Below are positions 1-8,473 of a stretch of 34,998 nucleotides of DNA, one piece after another. The stretch lies in the NCBI GenBank assembly GCA_020430585.1, contig JAGQJP010000665.1, positions 1 to 34,998 on the forward strand. Direction: 5' to 3'. The position numbers were made by a program, and so were the translations under genes. This stretch comes from Myxococcales bacterium (GTDB taxonomy: Bacteria > Myxococcota_A > UBA9042 > JAGQJP01). The notes below the pieces were generated by a model. The model made no database searches. It was not told the origin of the DNA and saw nothing but the letters and a program-made list of their open reading frames with translations. The stretch's first letter is position 1; each line of letters starts with the position of its first letter.

Positions 1-713
1 ACCTCGGCGCCGCGACGCTGGGCGACGCGTGCGAGCTCGTAGCCCATCCGCCCCGTCGAGCGATTGGTCAAGAGCCGCACGGGGTCGATCGCCTCCCAGG
101 TCGGTCCCGCGCTGATCAAGACCCGTACGCCCGCGAGGGGCTTGGGCTCCAGCATCGCGCAGAGGCGCTCGAAAATCGCCGTCGGCTCGGCTAGGCGCCC
201 GGGACCGACCGCGCCACACGCCAACTCACCGGCGCTCGGCTCGACGATCGTCACCCCGGCGACGCGTCGCAGGCGCTCGAGGTTCTGCTGCACGATCGGA
301 TTCTGCCACATCCCCGTGTTCATCGCGGGCGCGAGCGCCACGGGAGCCGTCGCCGCCAATAGCATCGTCGTCAGCTCGTCGTCGGCGATCCCGTGGGCCA
401 TCTTACCGATCACGTTCGCCGTCGCCGGAACCACGGCAACGAGATCGCACGTTTGCCCCAGATCGAGGTGGGCGTAGGCGCGGCCCCCTTCGCCGACGCT
501 TTCGTCGGTCAATGTCGGGCGACCCGTGAGCGCCTCGAAGAGCAGCGGACCGATGAAGCGTTGAGCCGAGCGGCTCATCACCACATCGACCTCGAAATCG
601 GCTTTGATCAGCAGTCGCGCCAGCTCGCACGCCTTGTACGCCGCGACGCCGCCGCAGACCGCCAGCGTCACGCGCCGCCTATCGCTCGTCGATTGCCCGT
701 TTTGCTCTGCCAT
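1..713 (-). CDS. coaBC: Bifunctional phosphopantothenoylcysteine decarboxylase / phosphopantothenate-cysteine ligase. Only the N-terminal part is present; the gene runs off the left edge.
   Basis: ATG is the reverse complement of 711-713. My translation is MAEQNGQSTSDRRRVTLAVCGGVAAYKACELARLLIKADFEVDVVMS..., which carries the flavoprotein N-terminal G-G-x-A-A-Y-K motif. The frame stays open to position 1 (ending ...GYELARVAQRRGAEV). It is absent from the ORF track because it is truncated. Confidence 0.85.
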   Translation of the reverse strand, partial: MAEQNGQSTSDRRRVTLAVCGGVAAYKACELARLLIKADFEVDVVMSRSAQRFIGPLLFEALTGRPTLTDESVGEGGRAYAHLDLGQTCDLVAVVPATANVIGKMAHGIADDELTTMLLAATAPVALAPAMNTGMWQNPIVQQNLERLRRVAGVTIVEPSAGELACGAVGPGRLAEPTAIFERLCAMLEPKPLAGVRVLISAGPTWEAIDPVRLLTNRSTGRMGYELARVAQRRGAE

Positions 714-724
714 CTCGCTCGAAT

Positions 725-1651
725 TCAGCCTTTGAAGCGCCGTGCGACTTCGTGCACCATCGGTAGGTTCAAACGGTTGTAGATCCCGCGGCGGAAATGC
801 TGCTTGTACTCGTCGCCGACAAAGGTGACGAAGCCGTTGTCCTCCTTGCGGTCGGAGAATCCGAGCTTCAGGTCGCGACGAATCTCCATCGAGCGACCGA
901 TCGTCAGCTCGCCGCGTGCGTCGACGAGCACGGTCGCCGACTCTTCGAAGTCGATCAACATCGAGTAGATCGCGTTCATCGCCAGCTCGCCGCACTCGAC
1001 GTAATCCTCGTGGGTCAAGGGCCAGCTCGAGCGAACGGCGATCGTCGTGATCGTCCGCTGCCAGCGCTCGAGATTCTGCAGGAAGACGAAGCCGCGAAAG
1101 AGCCGTTTGTTCAGCCCCATCGAGAAGAGCGTCCGCACCAGGTGCTGCGCCAGGAACTCCTGGTTCTCGGTCATGTCTTGCTTGGCGACCTTCTTGGCGA
1201 CGTCCTCGACCTTGCTGAAGAGCTTCTGGTCGTACCGCAGCTCCCAATACAGGTGCTTGAGGAAACGCGTCGGCCAGCTCTCGACGATCTTGAACGGCAC
1301 GAAGTAGTTGTGAGCGATGATGTCCGCGGCCAGGTGACTCAAGTAGCCGAGCATGAAGGCGCGCTGCCTGAGCGTCTCGGCGTGGTGGAAGATGTCGAAG
1401 GCGACCTTCCAGTTGTGGCAGTGCTTGGCAAAGGTCGCGCGGTTCTTGCCGATGATCACGTCGGCGTAAATACAGCCGTAGAGATAGTCGAAGGGGAAGG
1501 CCTGCAAGAGGGCGCGCATGTGCGCCGGCAGCAAGCTGAGGTTTTTCAGCACCTGATGCCCGAAATCGAGGTGTGCGTACGGTCCCCAGGCCCACGCATC
1601 CGAGGGCCAGAGTCCGACGACCAAGAATAACAACACGATTGCGGCGCTCAT
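725..1651 (-). CDS. Secreted zinc-dependent phospholipase C-like protein (PLC / S1-P1 nuclease fold)
   Basis: 308-aa ORF with an ATG start. The signal peptide MSAAIVLLFLVVGLWPSDAWA is followed by WGPYAHLDFGH, so the mature N-terminus would be Trp, as in zinc PLCs where Trp1 ligates zinc. His-rich motifs follow (HCHNW, HLAADIIAHNY). Confidence 0.65.
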   Translation of the reverse strand: MSAAIVLLFLVVGLWPSDAWAWGPYAHLDFGHQVLKNLSLLPAHMRALLQAFPFDYLYGCIYADVIIGKNRATFAKHCHNWKVAFDIFHHAETLRQRAFMLGYLSHLAADIIAHNYFVPFKIVESWPTRFLKHLYWELRYDQKLFSKVEDVAKKVAKQDMTENQEFLAQHLVRTLFSMGLNKRLFRGFVFLQNLERWQRTITTIAVRSSWPLTHEDYVECGELAMNAIYSMLIDFEESATVLVDARGELTIGRSMEIRRDLKLGFSDRKEDNGFVTFVGDEYKQHFRRGIYNRLNLPMVHEVARRFKG

Positions 1652-1692
1652 CGCCTACAGTGTTCCCGTTTTCGCGCCGAATGTCAACGCGC

Positions 1693-2868
1693 TCAGGTCA
1701 TTTCGCTGGAATCGATCGACGGCGCGGGCTCGTCGCGATCGAAGAGGCTGCCCGTGCGCGGCCCGACCACGCTCGCCGTCGTCGGGCGCCCGTCGGCGGC
1801 GACCGGCTCGTCGAGATCGACGCCCGAGATGATCGAGGGGATGCGGGTCATCGTGCGCCACTCGTCGAGGCCGTCGTGGATGCGCCCCTCGTCGAGCATA
1901 TGGCAGGAGACGAAGTGACCCCCGCCAGCGTCGGTGAGCTCCGGGCTCTCGGTCTTGCAGCGCTTGTTGGCGTGGCGACAGCGCGTGTGGAAGCGACAGC
2001 CCGACGGCGGGTTGGAGGGAGACGGCACGTCGCCCTCGAGGACGATCCGTTTGCGCCGCGCCTCGATCTTGGGATTGGCCACGGGCACCGCGCTGATCAG
2101 CGCCTGAGAGTATGGATGAAGCGGCTCCTCGAAGATCGCGTCGACGGGGGCGATCTCGACGATCCGCCCGAGATACATCACCGCCACGCGGTTGGAGATG
2201 TGCTTGACGGCGCTCAGATCGTGGGCGATGAAGAGATAGGTCAGCTCGAACTTCTCTTGCAGGTCACAGAGCAGGTTCATGATCTGCGCCTGGATCGAAA
2301 CGTCGAGGGCGCTGATCGGCTCGTCGGCGACGATGAACTTCGGATTCAGCGCGAGGGCCCGGGCGATCCCGATCCGCTGGCGCTGACCGCCAGAGAACTC
2401 GTGGGCATAGCGCAAGATGAAGGTCGGGTCGAGGCCGACGACGTTCATCAGCCATTTCACCCGCTCTTCGATCTCCACCTTGGGACAGATGTGGTGCGTC
2501 ACCAGCGGCTCGGCGATGATCGAGCCGATCGTCATCCGCGGGTTGAGCGAGGAGTAGGGATCTTGGAAGATGATCTGCAGATCCCGCCGATGGGGACGCA
2601 TCTGGCGGTTGCTCAGCTTGCAGAGATCCTGGCCTTTGTAGAGCACCTCGCCGCTGGTCGGCCGGTGCAGCTGCAGGATACAGCGCCCGGTCGTGCTCTT
2701 CCCGCATCCCGACTCACCAACGAGCCCGAGGGTCTCGGAGGGAAAGATATCGAAGCTGACGCCATCGACGGCCTTGGTCACATGGGCGAGCCGTCGCACG
2801 ATCACGCCCTGGTACTGCCGAAAGTGCATCGTCAGATCGCTCACCCGAATCAGCGGCTCACGGCTCAT
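1693..2868 (-). CDS. oppF: Oligopeptide/dipeptide ABC transporter ATP-binding protein (OppF-type) with a ~65-aa C-terminal extension
   Basis: Walker [11 protein letters not shown], signature FSGGQRQR, Walker [13 protein letters not shown], and an Opp C-terminal Cys-rich region ([10 protein letters not shown]). I prefer ATG at 2868 to the track's GTG at 2871 because AAGGAG lies 4 nt upstream of the ATG. Confidence 0.85.
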   Translation of the reverse strand: MSREPLIRVSDLTMHFRQYQGVIVRRLAHVTKAVDGVSFDIFPSETLGLVGESGCGKSTTGRCILQLHRPTSGEVLYKGQDLCKLSNRQMRPHRRDLQIIFQDPYSSLNPRMTIGSIIAEPLVTHHICPKVEIEERVKWLMNVVGLDPTFILRYAHEFSGGQRQRIGIARALALNPKFIVADEPISALDVSIQAQIMNLLCDLQEKFELTYLFIAHDLSAVKHISNRVAVMYLGRIVEIAPVDAIFEEPLHPYSQALISAVPVANPKIEARRKRIVLEGDVPSPSNPPSGCRFHTRCRHANKRCKTESPELTDAGGGHFVSCHMLDEGRIHDGLDEWRTMTRIPSIISGVDLDEPVAADGRPTTASVVGPRTGSLFDRDEPAPSIDSSEMT

Positions 2869-2886
2869 CACACTCCTTGTTGGGCC

Positions 2887-4101
2887 TCATCGCCCCCCCT
2901 CGATCGTCGGCGCCTGCTCGAGCCAACAGGCGACCTTGTGGGTCGGCGAGGGGTAGCGCAGCGGGGGAAACTCCGCGCGACACCTGTCGAAGGCGAACTC
3001 GCAGCGCGGCGCGAAGGGACAGCCCGGCGGCTTCCGCGTCAGATCCGGCGGCAGCCCGGGGATCGCGTAGAGCCGCCGATTCGCCGAGTCGAGGGTCGGA
3101 ATCGAGCGCAGCAGGGCCAGGGTGTAGGGATGCTGCGGCGACTCGAAGATCTCATCGCAAGGCGCAGACTCCATCACGCGCCCGGCGTACATCACCAGGA
3201 CGTGATCGGCGATCCCCGCGACGACCCCGAGATCGTGGGTGATCATCACCACGGCGGTGTTGAATTGGTCGCGCAGCTCGCGGATCAGCTCGAGGATCTG
3301 GGCCTGAATCGTCACGTCCAGCGCCGTTGTCGGCTCATCGGCGATCAGCAGCTGGGGATCGCAGAGCAACGCCATCGCGATCATCACGCGCTGCCGCATC
3401 CCACCCGAGAGCTGATGTGGATACGTCTCCATCACCTTGTCGGGGTCGGGAATTCCGACCTTCTTGAGCATCTCTTGCGAGCGACTGCGGGCGTCCGCCT
3501 TGGTCATCTTGCGGTGCAGGCGCAGGACCTCGGTCAGCTGGGTCTGAACGCGCAGGAACGGGTTCAGCGAGGTCATCGGATCCTGGAAGATCATCGCGAT
3601 CCGATCGCCGCGGATCGCGCGCATCCCCTTCTCGGAGAGCGTGACCAGATCGACGCCCGGCGGCGTCGTCTCGAGGGTCTCGGCCGCGACGGGGTAGTCG
3701 ACGGTCTCGCGAGCGGCGTTCGGCAGGCCCGGGAGCTTTCCATGGTAGAGCACCTTGCCGCCGACGATGCGAGCAGGCGGCATCGGAAGCAGCTTGAGCA
3801 CCGACAGGCAGGTGACGCTCTTGCCGCTCCCGCTTTCACCGACGATCCCCAACGATTGGCCCTCGCGGAGCTGGAAATAGAGGTGGTCGACCGCCTGGAC
3901 CTCGCCATTATCCGTGAAGAAGCTGGTCTGCAAGTCGGCAACCGTCAGAATCGGACGCGTGCGCATCTCCTGCGGCTTCTGTGCGCCCTCCTCGGGCGTC
4001 GACGCGACGCTGCTCGACGCTGCCGCCTCCAAGCTGGCATTGCGCTCGTCGGCAACCGCATCGTCGAGTCGACCCGTTTCTTCTTGCGGTGCGTCGGCCA
4101 T
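2887..4101 (-). CDS. oppD: Oligopeptide/dipeptide ABC transporter ATP-binding protein (OppD-type)
   Basis: Walker [11 protein letters not shown], signature LSGGMRQR, Walker [13 protein letters not shown]. The track ORF 2887-4491 is over-extended. The real start is ATG at 4099-4101 (MADAPQEE...), which forms an ATGA overlap with the oppC stop at 4101-4103. Confidence 0.85.
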   Translation of the reverse strand: MADAPQEETGRLDDAVADERNASLEAAASSSVASTPEEGAQKPQEMRTRPILTVADLQTSFFTDNGEVQAVDHLYFQLREGQSLGIVGESGSGKSVTCLSVLKLLPMPPARIVGGKVLYHGKLPGLPNAARETVDYPVAAETLETTPPGVDLVTLSEKGMRAIRGDRIAMIFQDPMTSLNPFLRVQTQLTEVLRLHRKMTKADARSRSQEMLKKVGIPDPDKVMETYPHQLSGGMRQRVMIAMALLCDPQLLIADEPTTALDVTIQAQILELIRELRDQFNTAVVMITHDLGVVAGIADHVLVMYAGRVMESAPCDEIFESPQHPYTLALLRSIPTLDSANRRLYAIPGLPPDLTRKPPGCPFAPRCEFAFDRCRAEFPPLRYPSPTHKVACWLEQAPTIEGGR

Positions 4102-5546
4102 CAGCTCTTCTTCACCTGCGGATCGAGGGCATCGCGGATTCCGTCGCCCAGAAAATTGAAACAGAACAAGGTCAAGCCGAGGACGATGCTCGGCCAGATG
4201 ATCAGCCAGGGGAAGTCCTGCATCACCTTCGCCCCGTCGTTGATCAGCGTACCCCAACTCGGCATCGGGTCCTGCACGCCGAGGCCGAGGAAGCTCAAGA
4301 AAGCCTCCTCGAGGATCACCGCGGGGATCATCAACGTCGAGTAGATGATCACGGGTCCGACGGTGTTGCGCAGGATGTGGCTGAAGATGATCCGCCGCAC
4401 GGGGACCCCGATCGCCCGCGCCGCCTCGACGTACTCTTCGTTTTTGATCGAGATCACCTGCCCGCGGATCACCCGCGACATCGTCAGCCACTGCACGGCG
4501 CCGAGCGCGATGAAGAGGTTGTAGATCGAGCGCCCGAAGAGCACCATCAACAGGATCACGATGAACATGAACGGTAGCCCGTAGAGCACATCGACGAAAC
4601 GCATCATCAGATTGTCGACGCGGCCGCCGAAATAGCCTGCGACCGATCCGTAGGTCACGCCGATCAGAAAACTGACGAGCGTCGCGAGAAAACCGACCAT
4701 CAGCGAGATGCGGCTACCATAGATCAAGCGCGTCAGCAGGCAGCGACCGTCGGCATCGGTGCCGAGGTGGAACGTACGCAACTTCGGCGCTCCGGGAAAC
4801 TCGGCGCGGCTGATCTTGAGGTCGTGGTTCGCGTCGAAATCGCGCACCAACTTCTCCGAGTCGAGGCGCATGAAGCGCGCGTACTCGACGACCTCCTGGA
4901 ACGTCAGGAAGCCGGAGTGGTCGCGATCGATGGCGTTGAACAGGCGCATGCCGACGAGCGCCGGATTCCCTTGAAACTTCGGGTTGTGGATCGGTCGCTC
5001 GGTCAACAAGCTCGGAAATTCATGGGGATAGATCCGCCCGTCGGGCGTGGTCTTGAGCGCCGCCGCGTTCGCCGGGTTGGCCCCCTTCGCCGAGTCGAAT
5101 TTGTTGAAGAGCACCAGGAAGAAGGTCTCGTAGGTCTCGTTGAGGGCCTTGATCTCGGGACAGACGATCTTCTTGCTCGTCCGTCGCCGCCCGCCCTTGA
5201 CGCTGACCTGCTCGTGATGGCACTCGATCACGCCGCTGCGATCGAGGTCGACGAGGTCGAAGACGTTCTTGTCCCCATCGTAGAGCGGATAGGTCTCGGA
5301 GATGTCGCGCGTCCCGGGCGGTAGGAGCTTGAGCTGCGAATGGATCTCTTCGTAGGAATATCCCGTGACGTAGCGGGCGAGCCAGTCGGCGCTCAGGGCG
5401 ACACAGACCATGAATCCGATCACGACCGCGCCGAGCATCGCCAGCTTGTTGCGTCGTAGGCGACGGAGGGCGTCTTGGGCCAGACTGCTGCCCTTGACGC
5501 GCGTATCGGGTGCGACCTCGTGGCTTTTGGGCTCACGTTTTGTCAT
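4101..5546 (-). CDS. oppC: Oligopeptide ABC transporter permease (OppC-type) with a ~200-aa insertion after TM1 that carries EF-hand loops
   Basis: 481 aa. The C-terminal half is a typical OppC/DppC core (LGTDADGRCLLTRLIYGSRISL, EAARAIGVP, FLGDGIRDALDP). Residues ~61-270 are extra and contain DRDHSGFLTFQE and DANHDLKISRAE. Confidence 0.85.
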   Translation of the reverse strand: MTKREPKSHEVAPDTRVKGSSLAQDALRRLRRNKLAMLGAVVIGFMVCVALSADWLARYVTGYSYEEIHSQLKLLPPGTRDISETYPLYDGDKNVFDLVDLDRSGVIECHHEQVSVKGGRRRTSKKIVCPEIKALNETYETFFLVLFNKFDSAKGANPANAAALKTTPDGRIYPHEFPSLLTERPIHNPKFQGNPALVGMRLFNAIDRDHSGFLTFQEVVEYARFMRLDSEKLVRDFDANHDLKISRAEFPGAPKLRTFHLGTDADGRCLLTRLIYGSRISLMVGFLATLVSFLIGVTYGSVAGYFGGRVDNLMMRFVDVLYGLPFMFIVILLMVLFGRSIYNLFIALGAVQWLTMSRVIRGQVISIKNEEYVEAARAIGVPVRRIIFSHILRNTVGPVIIYSTLMIPAVILEEAFLSFLGLGVQDPMPSWGTLINDGAKVMQDFPWLIIWPSIVLGLTLFCFNFLGDGIRDALDPQVKKS

Positions 5547-6576
5547 AGCTCACCCGTGGGTCGAGGAGTGTGTAGAGCACGTCGACCACCAGATTCATCA
5601 CCACCAACAGACACGAATAGAGCACGATCACGCCCATCACCATCGGATAGTCGCGGTTGAAGGCGCTCGTGACGAAGTACTTGCTGACCCCGGGGATCTT
5701 GAAGATCGTCTCGACGACGATCGAGCCAGTCAGAATCGCCGCCGTCGCCGGGCCGAGAAAGGTCGTCGCGGGAATCAATGCCCCCTTGAGAGCGTGGCGC
5801 CAGACGATCGTCCACTGCGAGAGCCCTTTGGCCCGGGCGGTGCGGATGTAATCCTGCCGCACGATCTCGAGCATCCCCCCGCGGGAGAGGCGGGCGAAGT
5901 AGGCCGCATAATAGACCCCGAGCGTGAAGGCGGGGAGCACCTTCTTCTGCAGCGCCGCCCACTTGAGGTTGGCGTAGATCCACTCGAAGCGGTAGTCACC
6001 GACCAGGGAGAGGACGATCGAGCCACTCGGCATCGGTTTCTGGGACTTCTCGCTGAGGACGCGAAAGACCCCCTCCCAGCCGATGTAGTCGTCGAGCCAG
6101 CCCCACTGGAAGACCACGATATAGATCAGCAGTGGCGCCAGCGCGATCGCCGGGATCGAGACACCGAGCATCGAGATCGACATCACGCCGTGATCGACGG
6201 CGGAGTTCTGCTTCATCCCGGCGATCAGGCCCGCCGGGACACCGAGCAGAATCGCGAGCAACATCGAGTAGAACCCGAGCTCGACGGAGTTCGGGAAGGT
6301 CTCGAGGATCAGCTCCCGCACCGTCTGGTTCGGCCGGTCGTAGGAGAAGCCGAAGTCACCGACGAGGTACTTCTTCATTTCGCTGACGTATTGTTGGTAG
6401 AGCGGCTTGTCGAATCCGTAGCGCTCGCGGAGCTTGGCCTCGACCTCTTTGGGCAGACGGCGGTCCTGATCGAAGGGTCCCCCTGGCGCGAAGCGCATCA
6501 GGAAGAAGCTGATCGACATGATGCAGAACAACACGACCAGCGACGAGATCAGGCGTTTGACCAGGAATTGCAGCAC
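5533..6576 (-). CDS. oppB: Oligopeptide ABC transporter permease (OppB-type)
   Basis: GTG start giving (M)LQFLVKRLISSLVVLFCIMSISFFLMRFAPGGPF, the classic OppB/DppB N-terminus. Contains the RTARAKGLS EAA-loop motif. It overlaps the oppC start by 14 nt. Confidence 0.85.
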   Translation of the reverse strand: MLQFLVKRLISSLVVLFCIMSISFFLMRFAPGGPFDQDRRLPKEVEAKLRERYGFDKPLYQQYVSEMKKYLVGDFGFSYDRPNQTVRELILETFPNSVELGFYSMLLAILLGVPAGLIAGMKQNSAVDHGVMSISMLGVSIPAIALAPLLIYIVVFQWGWLDDYIGWEGVFRVLSEKSQKPMPSGSIVLSLVGDYRFEWIYANLKWAALQKKVLPAFTLGVYYAAYFARLSRGGMLEIVRQDYIRTARAKGLSQWTIVWRHALKGALIPATTFLGPATAAILTGSIVVETIFKIPGVSKYFVTSAFNRDYPMVMGVIVLYSCLLVVMNLVVDVLYTLLDPRVSYDKT

Positions 6577-6609
6577 GGTTCGGGACGCGTCTCCTGCGAC
6601 GAGGGTCGC

Positions 6610-8319
6610 CTATTGTCGGCTCTTCCAATCGGGATCGAAGTACATGTACTTCACCAGATGATAGTCCATATAGTGGCTGCCGAACCCCTTCACATAGGGC
6701 TTGAGCATGTAGACCTTGGTGTAGTGGTAGATCGGCAACAGCGGCGCGTCGCGGTTGAGTATCTTTTCCGCCTTGTAGATCAAAGCGTTACGCTTCTTTT
6801 GGTCACCTTCGGCCATGATCTGGCGAAGCAGCTCGTCGTAGGCCGGATTCTTGTACTTCGCGTAGTTGTTCTGGCTCTCGGAATGGAAGACCTGCAGGAA
6901 GGCCAGGGGATCGGGGTAGTCGGCGCACCAGCTGCCCCGCGCCCAGTGGTAGTCCCCTTGGTGCAGCTTGGCCAGGAGGCTCTTCCACTCCATCTTCTGC
7001 ATCGAGGTCTCGACGCCGAGGTGCTTGTGCAGCTGCTGCTTGATGAAGGTCGCGATCTTCACGTGACCCTCGTAGGAGTTGAAGATCAGGTCCAGCTTGT
7101 CGATCTTCACGCCCGAACGGCGCAAGAGCTCTTTGGCTTTGCCCGGATCGAAGTAATCGCCCTTCGGGCTCTTGTACCCGATGGTCGTCTTGAACATGTG
7201 CGGGACGAGATTCGATGCGGGAAGCTGGCCGCCCTGCAACAGGTTCGTCACGAGCTCGTCTTTGTTGACTGCCATGTTGATCGCGCGACGCACGTCGACG
7301 TTGTCGAAGGGCTTCCGCGACGTGTTGAAGACGTAGTAGTAGACGCACATGTAGGGATCGATGTGAAAATCGGGCCGCCCCTGCGCTTTGAGCTTGGGCA
7401 TCATCTCGATCGGCACGAGCGCAGGAATGTAGTGCGCCGTCCCGAGATTGTACATCTCGAAGGCTTGGCTCTCGTGCTCGGAATGAATGTACTCGTAGCT
7501 CTTGATCCGCACCGACTTGGCATTCCAGTAGTAGGGATTCTTCTCGAGGACGATCTTGTCGCGGTGCTTGTAGTACGTCATCTTGTAGGCACCGTTGACG
7601 ACGATGTTCTCGGGCCGCGTCCAGAGCGCCTTGTGCTTCTCCACCGCCTCGTGTGGCACGGGGGCGTAGGCGACGTTGACGACGAGGTCGGGAAAGAAGG
7701 GTGTCGGGTTCTTCAACCGCACTTCGAGCGTGAAGTCGTCGATCACCTTGACCCCGACGCTCGACCACTCTTTGTTCGTACCCTTCTTGTAGGCGTGGGC
7801 GCCCTCGATGAACTGCCAGAGCAGCTCGGCGTTCTCGGAGATGAAGCTCGGCGAGAGAGCGCGCTTCCACGAGTACTCGAAGTCCTTCGCGGTTACCGTG
7901 CGACCGTTGGACCACTTGGCGTTCTTGCGTAGATAGAAGGTGTAGGTCTTGCCGTCGGGCGAGACCTTGAAGCGCTCGGCGACGCCGGGAACGGGCGGGC
8001 CCGTCTTGACGTCCGCGGCCAACAGGCCCTCGAACATCTGCATCGCCACCTCGTGACCCGCGGTTTCGGCGATCTTGTTCGGGTCGAGGTAGCGCGGACC
8101 GCCGCCAACCCAGCGAAAGACACCGTCTTTCGGCGGCCCCTCCTTGGCCAGGTCGTGTATCGACGTGCGGTTCGTCCGACCCGGCCGGGGCGCGCCTTTC
8201 TTGTCCACCGTCGTGCCCGGCGTGGAGCTCGATGACGACGTCTTGTCCTTGCAGCCTCCGAGCCAAAGCCCGAAGAGCAACAGAGCGGCGACCCAGCGGC
8301 CGCGCGAAGGAAGCTTCAT
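6610..8319 (-). CDS. oppA: ABC transporter substrate-binding lipoprotein, family 5 (OppA/MppA-like)
   Basis: 569 aa with an ATG start. Lipobox LWLGGC, then a Ser/Thr/Pro linker, then a family-5 SBP body (YLDPNK..., WSNG..VTAKDF, AYNPY-like motifs). It is first in the operon order oppA-B-C-D-F. Confidence 0.8.
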   Translation of the reverse strand: MKLPSRGRWVAALLLFGLWLGGCKDKTSSSSSTPGTTVDKKGAPRPGRTNRTSIHDLAKEGPPKDGVFRWVGGGPRYLDPNKIAETAGHEVAMQMFEGLLAADVKTGPPVPGVAERFKVSPDGKTYTFYLRKNAKWSNGRTVTAKDFEYSWKRALSPSFISENAELLWQFIEGAHAYKKGTNKEWSSVGVKVIDDFTLEVRLKNPTPFFPDLVVNVAYAPVPHEAVEKHKALWTRPENIVVNGAYKMTYYKHRDKIVLEKNPYYWNAKSVRIKSYEYIHSEHESQAFEMYNLGTAHYIPALVPIEMMPKLKAQGRPDFHIDPYMCVYYYVFNTSRKPFDNVDVRRAINMAVNKDELVTNLLQGGQLPASNLVPHMFKTTIGYKSPKGDYFDPGKAKELLRRSGVKIDKLDLIFNSYEGHVKIATFIKQQLHKHLGVETSMQKMEWKSLLAKLHQGDYHWARGSWCADYPDPLAFLQVFHSESQNNYAKYKNPAYDELLRQIMAEGDQKKRNALIYKAEKILNRDAPLLPIYHYTKVYMLKPYVKGFGSHYMDYHLVKYMYFDPDWKSRQ

Positions 8320-8364
8320 GGTTTCGTCCCCGTACCTGCGCTCGAAAGTCGAAATATCTCGCCC

Positions 8365-8393
8365 ATTTCAGTGAATCTGGCGAGACGAGTCAA
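8365..8393 (-). promoter_or_regulatory. Candidate sigma-70-type promoter for the opp operon
   Basis: The minus strand reads TTGACT, a 17-nt spacer, then TGAAAT, about 45 nt upstream of the oppA ATG. Pattern match only. Confidence 0.3.
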
Positions 8394-8473
8394 ACGCTAT
8401 TTTGATTCCTCATTCATCCCGTGGAGATAGAAAAAGAGGTGGGTTCGGACCGGGTTGGACCCCGAATCGGCGT

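Noticed and set aside
1573-4344. A 923-aa + strand ORF, and similar long ORFs at 5410-7932 (+), 12427-14505 (-), 17832-18905 (-), 22949-24172 (+), 24706-25698 (+), 27346-28425 (+), 29562-30746 (+) and 33494-34894 (-).
   Set aside because: Each lies entirely antisense to, or out of frame with, genes carrying unmistakable family motifs (Opp, RsmB, FHA, BatA, DUF58, the TPR protein, the coiled-coil protein, PEGA). Their translations are R/A/G/P/D/L-rich low-complexity sequence with no motifs. These are the stop-poor mirror frames expected in high-GC DNA.
4102-4491. N-terminal extensions of track ORFs: 2887-4491 (oppD), 12444-13835 (flippase-like), 22631-25444 (BatA-like), 10889-11182 (UbiA), 33431-33478 (PEGA) and 26675-26716 (moxR).
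   Set aside because: The extended parts overlap the upstream gene's coding sequence and are Arg/Pro-rich with no family resemblance. In each case an internal start gives a canonical N-terminus. For four of them that start sits in an ATGA overlap with the upstream stop.
8420-8473. A possible intrinsic terminator downstream of slt: minus strand TTCGG...CCGAA followed by CCCACCTCTTTTT.
   Set aside because: The stem is only 5 bp with a 14-nt loop, and it is separated from the T-run by ~8 nt. That is too weak to report as a terminator.
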